Source: Deltaproteobacteria bacterium (lineage in GTDB: Bacteria > Myxococcota > Myxococcia > SLRQ01). From it: a stretch of 62,814 bases of DNA. A program made the translations under genes and the position numbers. Below are positions 9,132 to 17,971 of the stretch, piece by piece (position 1 is the stretch's first letter; each line of letters opens with the position of its first letter). Below the pieces are notes generated by a model, which did not search any database, was not told the DNA's origin, and saw nothing but the letters and a program-made list of their open reading frames with translations. The stretch lies in NCBI GenBank assembly GCA_029210625.1, contig JARGFU010000001.1:6992-69805 (forward strand). Reading direction: 5' to 3'.

Positions 9132-10355
9132 TCAATAGCGCGAGACGCAGGTGCCCAGGGGGTCCTCGGCGAGCACGCCGGAGGAGAGGCGCACCTCGGC
9201 GCTGGTGGCGCACTCGGCCATCGCCGCGCCGGCGGTGTTGGTGCGCAGATCCCCGTCCGAGACGGTCAGGCTCGAGCCCTCGCGGGCGAGGATGCCGAGG
9301 CCCGCGTTGCGCTGCAGGCTGGCGCCGGCGACGCCGAGGGTGGAGGCGCCCCAGGCCTCGATGCCGTGGGAGCCGTTGTCCTCCAGGGCGAGGCCGTCCG
9401 CGCTGCCCGAGGTGCCGATCATCTGCAGGCCTCCGCCGTGGGCCTGCCGCACCGCCACGTCCTCCAGGGTCACGCCGGCGCCGTGGAAGAAGAGGCCCAT
9501 CCCGAGATCCCCCACCGAGTCGCCGGCTACCGTCTGGATCGTGACCCGCCGCAGGGTGGTCTCGCCCCGGAGCACCTGCACGCCCACGCCGGCGACGTTG
9601 CTGACCCGCAGGTCCTCGATCAGGGCCGGCACCAGCAGGTCGTTGGCCACGACCCCGCCGGCGGGCATCGGCCCCTCGAGGACGACGTTCTTCAGGGTGC
9701 CCGCCCCGCCCACCAGGCCCACCCCGGCCTGGGTCACGTTGCGCACGTCGAGGTCGTCGAGCTCCACCCGTCCGTCGGGGCGGGTGAGCAGCCCGTACTC
9801 GGCCTCGCGCGCCCGAAGCCGCAGGCCCGTGAGCGTACCGCCGGCGACGAAGTAGGCCGCCGAGGAGACCCGCTCGGCCATCGCGTCGGTGACCGTGGCC
9901 TCGCCGGCGATGAGGCGCAGCGCGGCCTCCGCGTCGTGCACGAAGAGCTGGGAGAAGGTGGCGTCGCCGGCCTCGATCCGGAAGGCCGCCCGCCCGCCGC
10001 TCACCTCGACCCGCTCGACGATGAGCGAGCCGAGGGAGACGACCGTGTGCTGCCGGTCGGCCCCCTGCAGCTTCAGGTCGCGCAGGATCACCTGCACCCC
10101 CGCGGGCACGACGAGCACGGGGCCGTCCGCCGGCGCCACCACGGTGGTCAGGGCGACGCCCGCCCCCTGGAAGAGGGTGTCCCCCTCGACGACCAGCGGC
10201 CCCTGCACCGTGCCCGCCGGGAGGTTGGCCTCGACGATCGGAGGGTCCGCGTCGGGCTCCGAGGGCTTGCTCGCGCAGCCCGAGCCGCCTCCGGCGCAGC
10301 TCGCCAGGACGAGGGCCGCCAGCAGGCCGCCGCCGGTCGCTCGCCAGGCGTTCAC
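9132..10355 (-). CDS. Lipoprotein with right-handed parallel beta-helix repeats
   Basis: Lipobox LVLASCAGG. Repetitive V/G-rich beta-helix-type segments throughout the sequence. Confidence 0.65.
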   Translation of the reverse strand: MNAWRATGGGLLAALVLASCAGGGSGCASKPSEPDADPPIVEANLPAGTVQGPLVVEGDTLFQGAGVALTTVVAPADGPVLVVPAGVQVILRDLKLQGADRQHTVVSLGSLIVERVEVSGGRAAFRIEAGDATFSQLFVHDAEAALRLIAGEATVTDAMAERVSSAAYFVAGGTLTGLRLRAREAEYGLLTRPDGRVELDDLDVRNVTQAGVGLVGGAGTLKNVVLEGPMPAGGVVANDLLVPALIEDLRVSNVAGVGVQVLRGETTLRRVTIQTVAGDSVGDLGMGLFFHGAGVTLEDVAVRQAHGGGLQMIGTSGSADGLALEDNGSHGIEAWGASTLGVAGASLQRNAGLGILAREGSSLTVSDGDLRTNTAGAAMAECATSAEVRLSSGVLAEDPLGTCVSRY

Positions 10356-10804
10356 GACTCACCTCCGGGCAGGAGCTTCGGCGCCCGGGCCGCCGGCGGG
10401 TCCTCGTCCCGGCCCAGCGCGTGGCGCACCTCGCCGGTGCCGAAGCGCTCGACCAGCTCCTCGACGCTGCAGCCGAGGAGCTCGCGGCCCAGTGCGACGA
10501 AGGCCGCGGCCGGCACGCACAAGAGGCGCTCGCCGACGAAGGCCGAGACGAAGACCGCGCCGCACTCCGGCAGGGGCGCCCGGCGGGTCTCGCAGTGGTA
10601 GACGAGCTTCGGCAGGAGCACCTCGAGCAGCCAGTCGGCGCCGGGCGCCTCCGGGACGATCACCTCGTAGGAGAAGGGCTCCCCCCGCTGGTCGGCCGTG
10701 AGCCTCGCGAAGGCCTCCCGCGCCTCGCCGAGCAGCCGGTTGGCGTCACGGGCCTCCCCCTCCAGGAAGGCCTGCTCCCAGAGAGGTGAGAGGTCGAGGG
10801 GCAC
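10352..10804 (-). CDS. Hypothetical protein (~150 aa), probably starting at GTG 10804
   Basis: GTG with GGGAGA 5 nt upstream, located just after the stop of the M23 peptidase gene. 4-bp overlap with the downstream lipoprotein start. GC3-rich. Confidence 0.4.
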   Translation of the reverse strand: MPLDLSPLWEQAFLEGEARDANRLLGEAREAFARLTADQRGEPFSYEVIVPEAPGADWLLEVLLPKLVYHCETRRAPLPECGAVFVSAFVGERLLCVPAAAFVALGRELLGCSVEELVERFGTGEVRHALGRDEDPPAARAPKLLPGGES

Positions 10805-10814
10805 GGCCGTCTCC

Positions 10815-11873
10815 CTATCCGCCCCAGCCCGAGCCCGGAACGTCGATGGTGAAGGGCGGCGCGCCGAGGGTGACCGCCGGATCGAGGGCCTCACCGTCCC
10901 GCCAGATCTCGAAGTGCAGGTGGGGGCCGGTGGAGCGGCCGGTGCTGCCGACGAAGCCGATGGAGTCGCCGGCCTCGAGGCGCTCACCCTCCCGCACCAT
11001 GATGTGGGCGAGGTGCGAGTAGCGGGTGACCCAGCCGCCGGGGTGCATCACCTCGATGTGCTTGCCGTGGCCGCCCATCCAGCCGGCCCAGACCACCACC
11101 CCGGCCCCGGACGAGACGATCACCTGGCCGTCGTAGCCGTCGAGGTCGATCCCGTAGTGCATCCGCGAGAGCCCGCTCATCGGGTGCACCCGCAAGCCGA
11201 ACTCGGAGTTGACGATCACCGGATCCACCGGCCAGACGAGGCGCTCCACGTCGCGGCCCTGCCGCATGGGCTGCACCTTCGCCCGGGCCCGCTCGATGCG
11301 GTGCTCGAGGTAGGCCAGGCGCGAGCGCACCCGGGTGGCGAGATCCGAGCTGACGAGCCAGGCGCGATCGTCGGCGTCGAGCTCGGTCTCGATCGCGACC
11401 TTGGTCCGCACCAGCTGCACCGCCGGCGTCCGGGCCGGCGGCTGGTCGAGGTAGACGTCCACCGCCTCGAGGAGGGTGGACCAGGCCTGGTGCATCGCCT
11501 GGGGGGGCGCGGTCTTCTTCCCCCGGGTCTTCGCCGCCCGCAGGGAGCCGAGCACGCGCGCGGCCGAGGCCATCGAGTCGTCGATCGTGGCCTCGCCCTG
11601 GCTGCGATCGGGGGCCAGGTGATCCAGCGGGATCACCGGCACCGGCCCGGCCCGCCAGCGCTGGGTGTCGGCGGCGCGCTCGGGGAGCACGCGCCCCTGC
11701 AGCGGGCGGATCTTCACCTTCACCGGCGGCACGGTGAGCCCGTCGATCTTCCGCGCCTCGGGGGCCCTCTTCGCCACCTTCACCTCGGTGCCGGTGGAGG
11801 CGATGGGCCGCGCGATCGGCTTCGACGACGGCGTGCTCGCGCAGGCCATCAGCCCCAGGGCGAGGGTGGGCAC
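10815..11873 (-). CDS. M23-family metallopeptidase lipoprotein
   Basis: Lipobox LGLMACAS. The C-terminal M23 core is present (HYGIDLDG, GWMGGHGKHIEVMH, STGRSTGPHLHFEI). Confidence 0.8.
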   Translation of the reverse strand: MPTLALGLMACASTPSSKPIARPIASTGTEVKVAKRAPEARKIDGLTVPPVKVKIRPLQGRVLPERAADTQRWRAGPVPVIPLDHLAPDRSQGEATIDDSMASAARVLGSLRAAKTRGKKTAPPQAMHQAWSTLLEAVDVYLDQPPARTPAVQLVRTKVAIETELDADDRAWLVSSDLATRVRSRLAYLEHRIERARAKVQPMRQGRDVERLVWPVDPVIVNSEFGLRVHPMSGLSRMHYGIDLDGYDGQVIVSSGAGVVVWAGWMGGHGKHIEVMHPGGWVTRYSHLAHIMVREGERLEAGDSIGFVGSTGRSTGPHLHFEIWRDGEALDPAVTLGAPPFTIDVPGSGWGG

Positions 11874-12255
11874 GAGCGTCGCCAGCGAGGGGCGGCCTGG
11901 AGAGAGGAGAGGGGCCAGGGTGGGGTCCTTCCTAGAACTTCCTGATCTAGTAGCAACCGGGAGCGAGGCCCGGCAAGAAACCTCCCCCCACCTACATGTA
12001 GGTCGAGGTGGGATGCACTGTCGCTTTTTCGGGCACCCCCCGGCGCGCCTGCCCGGAGGGGGCCCGGAGGGCCCTTACTTCGCCACGGAACTCCACGAAG
12101 GGCGTTTCTTTAAGCCATACTGCGCCGACCGGCCGGAGCTCTTTTCGGCCGCGTTGGGTGGAACCATCAAGGGAGCCCTTCGGGAGGGGTGGCTGCGAGG
12201 GCAGCTGTCGCCTTTTCGATCGGTGACCCGTCGTAGAGGGCAGGAGACGAACACC

Positions 12256-15200
12256 ATGAACGTGACGATGCCACGGACGCTTCGCAGCTGGACCACGCCG
12301 CTCATCCTGGGGGCCGTGCTGGCCTCCTTCCTCGGCACCAACGGCTGCTCCTGCGACGGTGACGGCGGCCTCGGCGACGTGAAGCCCGAGATCCTCGCCC
12401 TGCCCAACCCGGTGGTCTTCGATCGCATCTCGGTGAACATCGAGGCCTCGGTGCAGCTCATGCTCAAGAACGACGGCAACGCCGTCCTCGAGATCACCGG
12501 CGAGCCGGTGCTCGCCGAGAACGCCGAGGACGGCGAGACCGAGCTGATCCTGCGGCGGATCATGCTGCCCGTCGACTGCGGCACCGGCGCCGAGCGGGTC
12601 GACGATACGCCGAACACCGTCGATCCCGGCGAGTGCGTCTCGGTGGACGTCGTCTACATCCCCGCCAACCTCGGCCCCGACACCGGCACCATCACCGTGC
12701 AGAGCAACGATCCGGACACCCCCACCCTGGTGGTCCCGATCGACGCCGTCGGCGCCGCCCCCGACATCGAGGTCTGCGTGCTGCCCTCGGCCTGCTCGGC
12801 CGAGAGCGTCTGCTACGAGCCCGGCTCCGGCCCGCTCACCATGGACTTCGGCCTGCTGCAGATCAACGACACCGCGACCTGCCCGGTGAGCATCAACAAC
12901 CGCGGCGAGCTGCCCCTGGCCAACCTCGACTGGTCCTTCAAGAGCGGCAACCGGCGCGGCGACTACAGCCTCGACCCCACCGACCTGGGCTCCGGCGGCG
13001 ACCTCGAGCCGGGCGCGGGCATCATCGTCAACATCGAGTTCTCTCCCCGCTCCGGCGGCCCGAAGGACGCGGTGGTCGAGATCACCTCCACCGACCCCGA
13101 CGAGGCCGCGGTCACCATCCACCTCGACGGCATGGGCGACGGCCCCAAGGTCTGCCCGGATCCCTTCCCGGCCATCGACTTCGGCCAGGTCATCGTCGGC
13201 ACCACCGACAGCATCGACGTGACCCTGGAGAACTGCGGCACCATGCAGCTCTCGATCACGGCGATGGAGGTACAGAACCAGAACGGCACCGGCCCCTCCA
13301 CCGAGTTCGCCCTGGGCGCCGGCGCGCCGGGCGTGCCCATCGACCTGGCCGCGGGCACCTCCGCCGCCGTGCCGGTGGAGTTCACCCCGCCCATCGAGGG
13401 CTACTTCACCGGCCGCCTCTACCTCGAGTCCACCGACCCGGTGGTCCCCTCGGGCTGGGTGAACATCGTCGGTGAGGGCGTGGTCCCGCCCTCCTGCGAG
13501 CTGCAGGCCTCCACCTCCACCGTCTCCTTCGGCACCGCCGCGCCCTCGGGGCTGGGCGGCACCCCCGTCGAGAAGACCCTCGCCCTCTCCAACCCCGGCG
13601 AGCTCGACTGCACCGGCGTCACCGCCAACATCACCGCCGGCGCCGCCGCGACCTTCTCCATCGTCGGGCTGCCCGCGGGCGGCCCGCCCTGGACCCTCAC
13701 CCCGGGCACCGTGGTGATCTTCACCCTCGCCTACGATCCGGCCGACACCACCGGCCCGGACCTCGGCACCGTCAGCTTCGGCGCCAACGAGCTGGCCGCC
13801 CCCCTCGACGTGAACCTCACCGGCACGCCGGTCAGCGCGCCGAGCTGCGACCTGGCCGTGACGCCGGCCACCGGCAACTTCTCCTTCAACGAGTGCGCCC
13901 TGCTCTCCTTCACTCCGCGCGTCGCCCAGTTCGGCGCCGTGAAGATGGGCTCGGACAAGACCCTCCCGGTCTCGCTGGAGAACATCGGCACCCGGATGTG
14001 CACCGTCGCCTCGGCCACCTTCCAGGCGGCCATCCCCTTCTTCCCGCCGGACCCCACCTTCACGCTGCCCAACGGCGGCGTCCCGAGGGTGAACGGCGTC
14101 CCGAGCGCGAACATCGCCCCGGGGCAGGTCGGCACCATCGACGTGCTCTACACGCCGGTCTCCGAGGCCGCCAACTGCGGCGCCCTCTGGGTCCAGACCG
14201 ACAACGTCGGGCAGCCCAGCGAGTGCCTCGGCATCACCCCGGCCGGTGACGGCTGCTACAACATCTCGATGATGGGCCAGGGCGTGCGCTCGGCCATCGA
14301 GGTGATCCCCGGCGACGTGGACTTCGGCGTGATCACCGTCGGCTGCGCCTCCCGCGACACCAACGTCACCGTCTACAACATCGGCCAGGCGCCGATGGTG
14401 CTGAACAACATCTACGTCGACCCGGCCACCGCGCCCTTCAGCATCGTCTCCGCGCCGCCCACGCCCCACACCGTGCCCGGCGGCGGCAGCATCACCATCC
14501 GGATGAAGTACCAGCCGCCCGACACCAACACCCACACCGGCCTGCTGGTGCTCGAGTCCGACGCCCAGAACGGCAACTACTTCACCGTCCCCCTCGAGGG
14601 TAAGGGCACCAACGATCCCCACCAGACCGACACCTTCCAGCAGCTCTCCGAGCCGATGGTCGACGTCCTCTGGGTGATCGACAACTCCTGCTCCATGAGC
14701 GAGGAGCAGAGCGCCATCGCCAACAACGGCAACTTCTTCCTCAGCCACGCGCTCTCGCTCTCCACCGACTTCCAGATCGGCGTGACCTCCACCGACATGG
14801 AGGATCCGAACCACGCCGGCCACCTGCTCGGCAACCCGAAGATCATCACCCGGACCACCCCGAACGCCGTGAGCGCCTTCGGGAACAACGTGGACCTGGG
14901 CACCGGCGGCTCGGCCACCGAGAAGGGCCTGGACGCCACCCACAGCGCGCTGACCGATCCGCTCATCACCGACCCCGCCGCGAACGGGGGCTTCCTGCGC
15001 GACGACGCCAAGCTGGTGGTCATCGCGGTCAGCGACGAGGCCGACCAGAGCACGCCGCCGGTCGACTTCTACGTGGACTTCCTGAAGAACATCAAAGGCT
15101 ACCGGAACACGGACCTGATGAGCTTCTCGGCCATCGTCGGCTACGACGAGCAGACCAACCAGCCCAGCCAGTGCACCTCCGCCAACGGCGACGCCGCCTC

Positions 15201-15501
15201 CGGGCCGCGCTACGTCGAGGTGGCGACCCGCACCGGCGGCCTGAAGCGCTCGATCTGCTCCAGCAACTGGGGCCAGATCGCCGACGACCTCGGCCTCGAC
15301 GCCTTCGGCGCCCGCACCGAGTTCTTCCTCACCCGCGAGCCGATCCCCTCCACCATCGTGGTGAAGGTCAACGGCGTGACCGTGCAGTCGGCGGGCAACT
15401 GGAGCTACGACGGCAGCACCAACTCGGTCGTCTTCGATCCGGCCGCGGTGCCGGCGCAGGGTGCCACGATCGTCGTCGACTACGATACGATCTGCCGGTA
15501 G
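12256..15501 (+). CDS. Large lipoprotein with multiple Ig-fold repeats of the choice-of-anchor-D/ASH type and a C-terminal von Willebrand factor A domain
   Basis: ATG at 12256 preceded by AGGAG. Lipobox LGTNGCSC. Recurring LENCG/LSNPG/LENIG/VYNIG beta-sandwich signatures. VWA MIDAS motif DNSCSMS (DxSxS). Confidence 0.75.
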   Translation: MNVTMPRTLRSWTTPLILGAVLASFLGTNGCSCDGDGGLGDVKPEILALPNPVVFDRISVNIEASVQLMLKNDGNAVLEITGEPVLAENAEDGETELILRRIMLPVDCGTGAERVDDTPNTVDPGECVSVDVVYIPANLGPDTGTITVQSNDPDTPTLVVPIDAVGAAPDIEVCVLPSACSAESVCYEPGSGPLTMDFGLLQINDTATCPVSINNRGELPLANLDWSFKSGNRRGDYSLDPTDLGSGGDLEPGAGIIVNIEFSPRSGGPKDAVVEITSTDPDEAAVTIHLDGMGDGPKVCPDPFPAIDFGQVIVGTTDSIDVTLENCGTMQLSITAMEVQNQNGTGPSTEFALGAGAPGVPIDLAAGTSAAVPVEFTPPIEGYFTGRLYLESTDPVVPSGWVNIVGEGVVPPSCELQASTSTVSFGTAAPSGLGGTPVEKTLALSNPGELDCTGVTANITAGAAATFSIVGLPAGGPPWTLTPGTVVIFTLAYDPADTTGPDLGTVSFGANELAAPLDVNLTGTPVSAPSCDLAVTPATGNFSFNECALLSFTPRVAQFGAVKMGSDKTLPVSLENIGTRMCTVASATFQAAIPFFPPDPTFTLPNGGVPRVNGVPSANIAPGQVGTIDVLYTPVSEAANCGALWVQTDNVGQPSECLGITPAGDGCYNISMMGQGVRSAIEVIPGDVDFGVITVGCASRDTNVTVYNIGQAPMVLNNIYVDPATAPFSIVSAPPTPHTVPGGGSITIRMKYQPPDTNTHTGLLVLESDAQNGNYFTVPLEGKGTNDPHQTDTFQQLSEPMVDVLWVIDNSCSMSEEQSAIANNGNFFLSHALSLSTDFQIGVTSTDMEDPNHAGHLLGNPKIITRTTPNAVSAFGNNVDLGTGGSATEKGLDATHSALTDPLITDPAANGGFLRDDAKLVVIAVSDEADQSTPPVDFYVDFLKNIKGYRNTDLMSFSAIVGYDEQTNQPSQCTSANGDAASGPRYVEVATRTGGLKRSICSSNWGQIADDLGLDAFGARTEFFLTREPIPSTIVVKVNGVTVQSAGNWSYDGSTNSVVFDPAAVPAQGATIVVDYDTICR

Positions 15502-15523
15502 CAGTCGAGCCAGAGGAACAACC

Positions 15524-15640
15524 GTGTACGTGCACGTGGACGTGTACGTGCACGACCCTTCGTCCCGGGAATCACGTCGCTGATTCCGGGCGCCCTCCGT
15601 ACACGTCCACGTACACGGACTCTCCCGGGAGCGACCCTAC
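15524..15640. repeat. Composite intergenic element: a (GTGNAC)5 array, a nested hairpin, an inverted (GTNCAC)3 array, then GG and the CTCCCGGGAG palindrome
   Basis: Hexamer arrays read directly from the sequence. The 3' half is homologous to the element at 59255..59320. Confidence 0.8.
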
Positions 15641-15957
15641 CCGGGGACCTTGGGGACCTCGTGCTTCAGGTCCGGCTCGTCGTGCACGAAGGTCAGATGG
15701 AGGGAGCCGCGGGTCCTTCCTTCCGCGGGGGCTGGCGCGCTGCCCGGAAGCTCGTGGATCCGGATCCCCTCCTCGCCCAGGCGGGCGATCAGCTCGCCGA
15801 GCCGCTCGAGCGGTAGCTCGTCGAAGCGCAGCGCCAGCGCGATGTTCGAGAAGAGCTGGAAGTCCTCGATGTAGGCGCCGCAGTCCTGCAGCGCCTCCTC
15901 GACCAGCCGGATGGCCCGGGTCCGCTCGACCCGGGTCGCGCCCTCGAGCCTCTTCAC
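15637..15957 (-). CDS. Hypothetical small protein (106 aa)
   Basis: Clean GC3-biased ORF. Convergent with the upstream large lipoprotein gene. Confidence 0.5.
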   Translation of the reverse strand: MKRLEGATRVERTRAIRLVEEALQDCGAYIEDFQLFSNIALALRFDELPLERLGELIARLGEEGIRIHELPGSAPAPAEGRTRGSLHLTFVHDEPDLKHEVPKVPG

Positions 15958-16017
15958 CCGACCATCCTACCCCTGCGCTCCTGCCGGGTGTCGGACCCTC
16001 GTGCTAGCTTCCCGCGC

Positions 16018-17391
16018 ATGGCGAAAAAGGCTCGCGCGATCTTCTCCTGCACCACCTGCGGTCACCAGGAGCCCAAGTGGCTGGGCCGCTGCCCCGAGTG
16101 CGGCGCCTGGGGCGCCCTGGTCGAGGAGATCGCCGTCAGCAGCAGCAGCGAGAAGGCCGCCGCCCGCTCCCCGGGCCAGGGAGGCCGGCCGGTGCCCCTG
16201 CCCGAGGCGGGGGCCGAGGACTTCCAGCGCCGCTCGACGGGCATCACCGAGCTGGACCGGGTGCTCGGCGGGGGCGTGGTCCCCGGCGCCCTCTCCCTCA
16301 TCGGCGGCGATCCGGGCATCGGCAAGTCCACCCTCATGCTGATGGCGGCCGCGCGCCTGGCGAACGAGCACGGGCCGGTGCTCTACGTCTCCGGCGAGGA
16401 GAGCGTCGCGCAGATCCGCCTGCGGGCCGACCGCCTCGGCCTCGAGGCGCCCACCCTCCACCTGCTGGCCGAGACCGACGGCGAGAAGGTCCTGGCGCAG
16501 GCCTCCGCCATGGAGGGCCTCTGCGCGCTGGTCCTCGACTCGATCCAGACCCTGCACCTGCCCGAGATCTCCTCGGCCCCCGGCTCGGTGAGCCAGGTGC
16601 GCGAGCTCACCGGCCTCTTCCTCGGCTGGTCGAAGCGCCGCGGGGTGCCCACCTTCCTGGTCGGCCACGTCACCAAGGACGGCGCCATCGCCGGGCCGCG
16701 GGTCCTCGAGCACATGGTCGACACGGTCCTCTATTTCGAAGGCGACCGGGGACACGCCTACCGGATCCTGCGCGCCCACAAGAACCGCTTCGGCTCGGCC
16801 GCCGAGATCGGCGTCTTCGAGATGCAGCGCTCGGGCCTGGTCGAGGTCCCCGATCCTTCCGCGGTCTTCCTCGCCGGCCGCCCTGAGGACGCCCCGGGCT
16901 CGGTGGTCACCGCCGCCCTCTCGGGCTCGCGGCCGGTGCTGGTCGAGGTGCAGGCCCTCTGCTCCCAGAGCCCCACCGGCGGCTCGGCGAGGCGCACGGC
17001 CATCGGCGTCGAGAACACCCGCCTGGCCCTGCTCGCCGCGGTCCTCGAGCGGAGGTTGGGCCTGACCCTCTACGATCACGACATCTTCGTGAACGTCGCC
17101 GGCGGCCTCTCCCTCGACGAGCCCGCCGCCGACCTGCCGGTGGCCTGCGCCATCGTCTCCAGCCTGCGCGGCGTGCCCCTCGATCCGCGCACCATCCTCT
17201 TCGGGGAGGTCGGCCTCACCGGCGAGGTGCGGGCGGTGGCCCAGACCGAGCTGCGCCTCTCCGAGGCCGCCAAGCTCGGCTTCAAGACCGCGATCCTCCC
17301 GGCCGATACCCTCGCGCGCCTCACCGAGGATCCCCCCCTGGCGGTGCTGGGGGTCCGCAGCCTCGACGAGGCCCTGGACGCGGCGCTCTAG
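16018..17391 (+). CDS. radA: DNA repair protein RadA/Sms
   Basis: N-terminal zinc ribbon CTTCGHQEPKWLGRCPECGAW. Walker A GGDPGIGKSTL. KNRFG motif. Lon-like C-terminal domain. Confidence 0.9.
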   Translation: MAKKARAIFSCTTCGHQEPKWLGRCPECGAWGALVEEIAVSSSSEKAAARSPGQGGRPVPLPEAGAEDFQRRSTGITELDRVLGGGVVPGALSLIGGDPGIGKSTLMLMAAARLANEHGPVLYVSGEESVAQIRLRADRLGLEAPTLHLLAETDGEKVLAQASAMEGLCALVLDSIQTLHLPEISSAPGSVSQVRELTGLFLGWSKRRGVPTFLVGHVTKDGAIAGPRVLEHMVDTVLYFEGDRGHAYRILRAHKNRFGSAAEIGVFEMQRSGLVEVPDPSAVFLAGRPEDAPGSVVTAALSGSRPVLVEVQALCSQSPTGGSARRTAIGVENTRLALLAAVLERRLGLTLYDHDIFVNVAGGLSLDEPAADLPVACAIVSSLRGVPLDPRTILFGEVGLTGEVRAVAQTELRLSEAAKLGFKTAILPADTLARLTEDPPLAVLGVRSLDEALDAAL

Positions 17392-17418
17392 GAAGATCGG
17401 GTACATTGTAGGCCACCC

Positions 17419-17907
17419 ATGGCCGACGCCCCCGAGAAGACCCCACCCGGAGACCACGACCCCGAGGCGAGCGAGGCCTCCCCCGAGGCCGAGGAGGGAC
17501 GCTCCCCCTCGGGCGCGGACAAGCGCCAGCACCCCCGGGCCAGGCTCTCGCTGCTGGTGCAGTACCGCTTCGCCAGCTTCGACGAGTTCCTCGGCGAGTA
17601 CGCCTCCGACCTCTCCCTGGGCGGGATGTTCATCCGCACCGACGAGCCGAGGCCCTCGGGCTCGATGATCTACCTGCAGTTCTCGCTCAAGGACGGCAGC
17701 ACCCTCATCGAGGGGCTCGGCCGGGTCTGCCACGTGACCGAGCCCGGCGGGGAGCGGCCGGCCGGGATGGGGATCGAGTTCGTGAACTTCGACGAGGCCT
17801 CGCGAGAGCTCATCGAGGGGATCGTCGAGGGGCACCTCTTGGACGGGGGCGAGCCTGAGATCGGTGACGGGGACGGGGACGGGGACGGGGACGGCGCTGG
17901 CCGCTGA
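17419..17907 (+). CDS. PilZ-domain protein with a C-terminal (GD)n tail
   Basis: PilZ motifs are present (QHPRARLSL as RxxxR; DLSLGGMFIRT as DxSxGG). C-terminus ends GDGDGDGDGDGAGR. Confidence 0.7.
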   Translation: MADAPEKTPPGDHDPEASEASPEAEEGRSPSGADKRQHPRARLSLLVQYRFASFDEFLGEYASDLSLGGMFIRTDEPRPSGSMIYLQFSLKDGSTLIEGLGRVCHVTEPGGERPAGMGIEFVNFDEASRELIEGIVEGHLLDGGEPEIGDGDGDGDGDGAGR

Positions 17908-17971
17908 CGGGCGACCGCTTTCCGGTTAGCCTGCCCTCCCTCGTTTCCACCCCACGAGAGAGGAGACTCTC

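Noticed and set aside
7866-10601. 911-aa ORF on + strand
   Set aside because: Antisense of the patatin and beta-helix lipoprotein genes. Low-complexity.
11992-14943. 983-aa ORF on - strand
   Set aside because: Antisense of the VWA lipoprotein gene. Gly/Asp/Val/Arg-rich noise.
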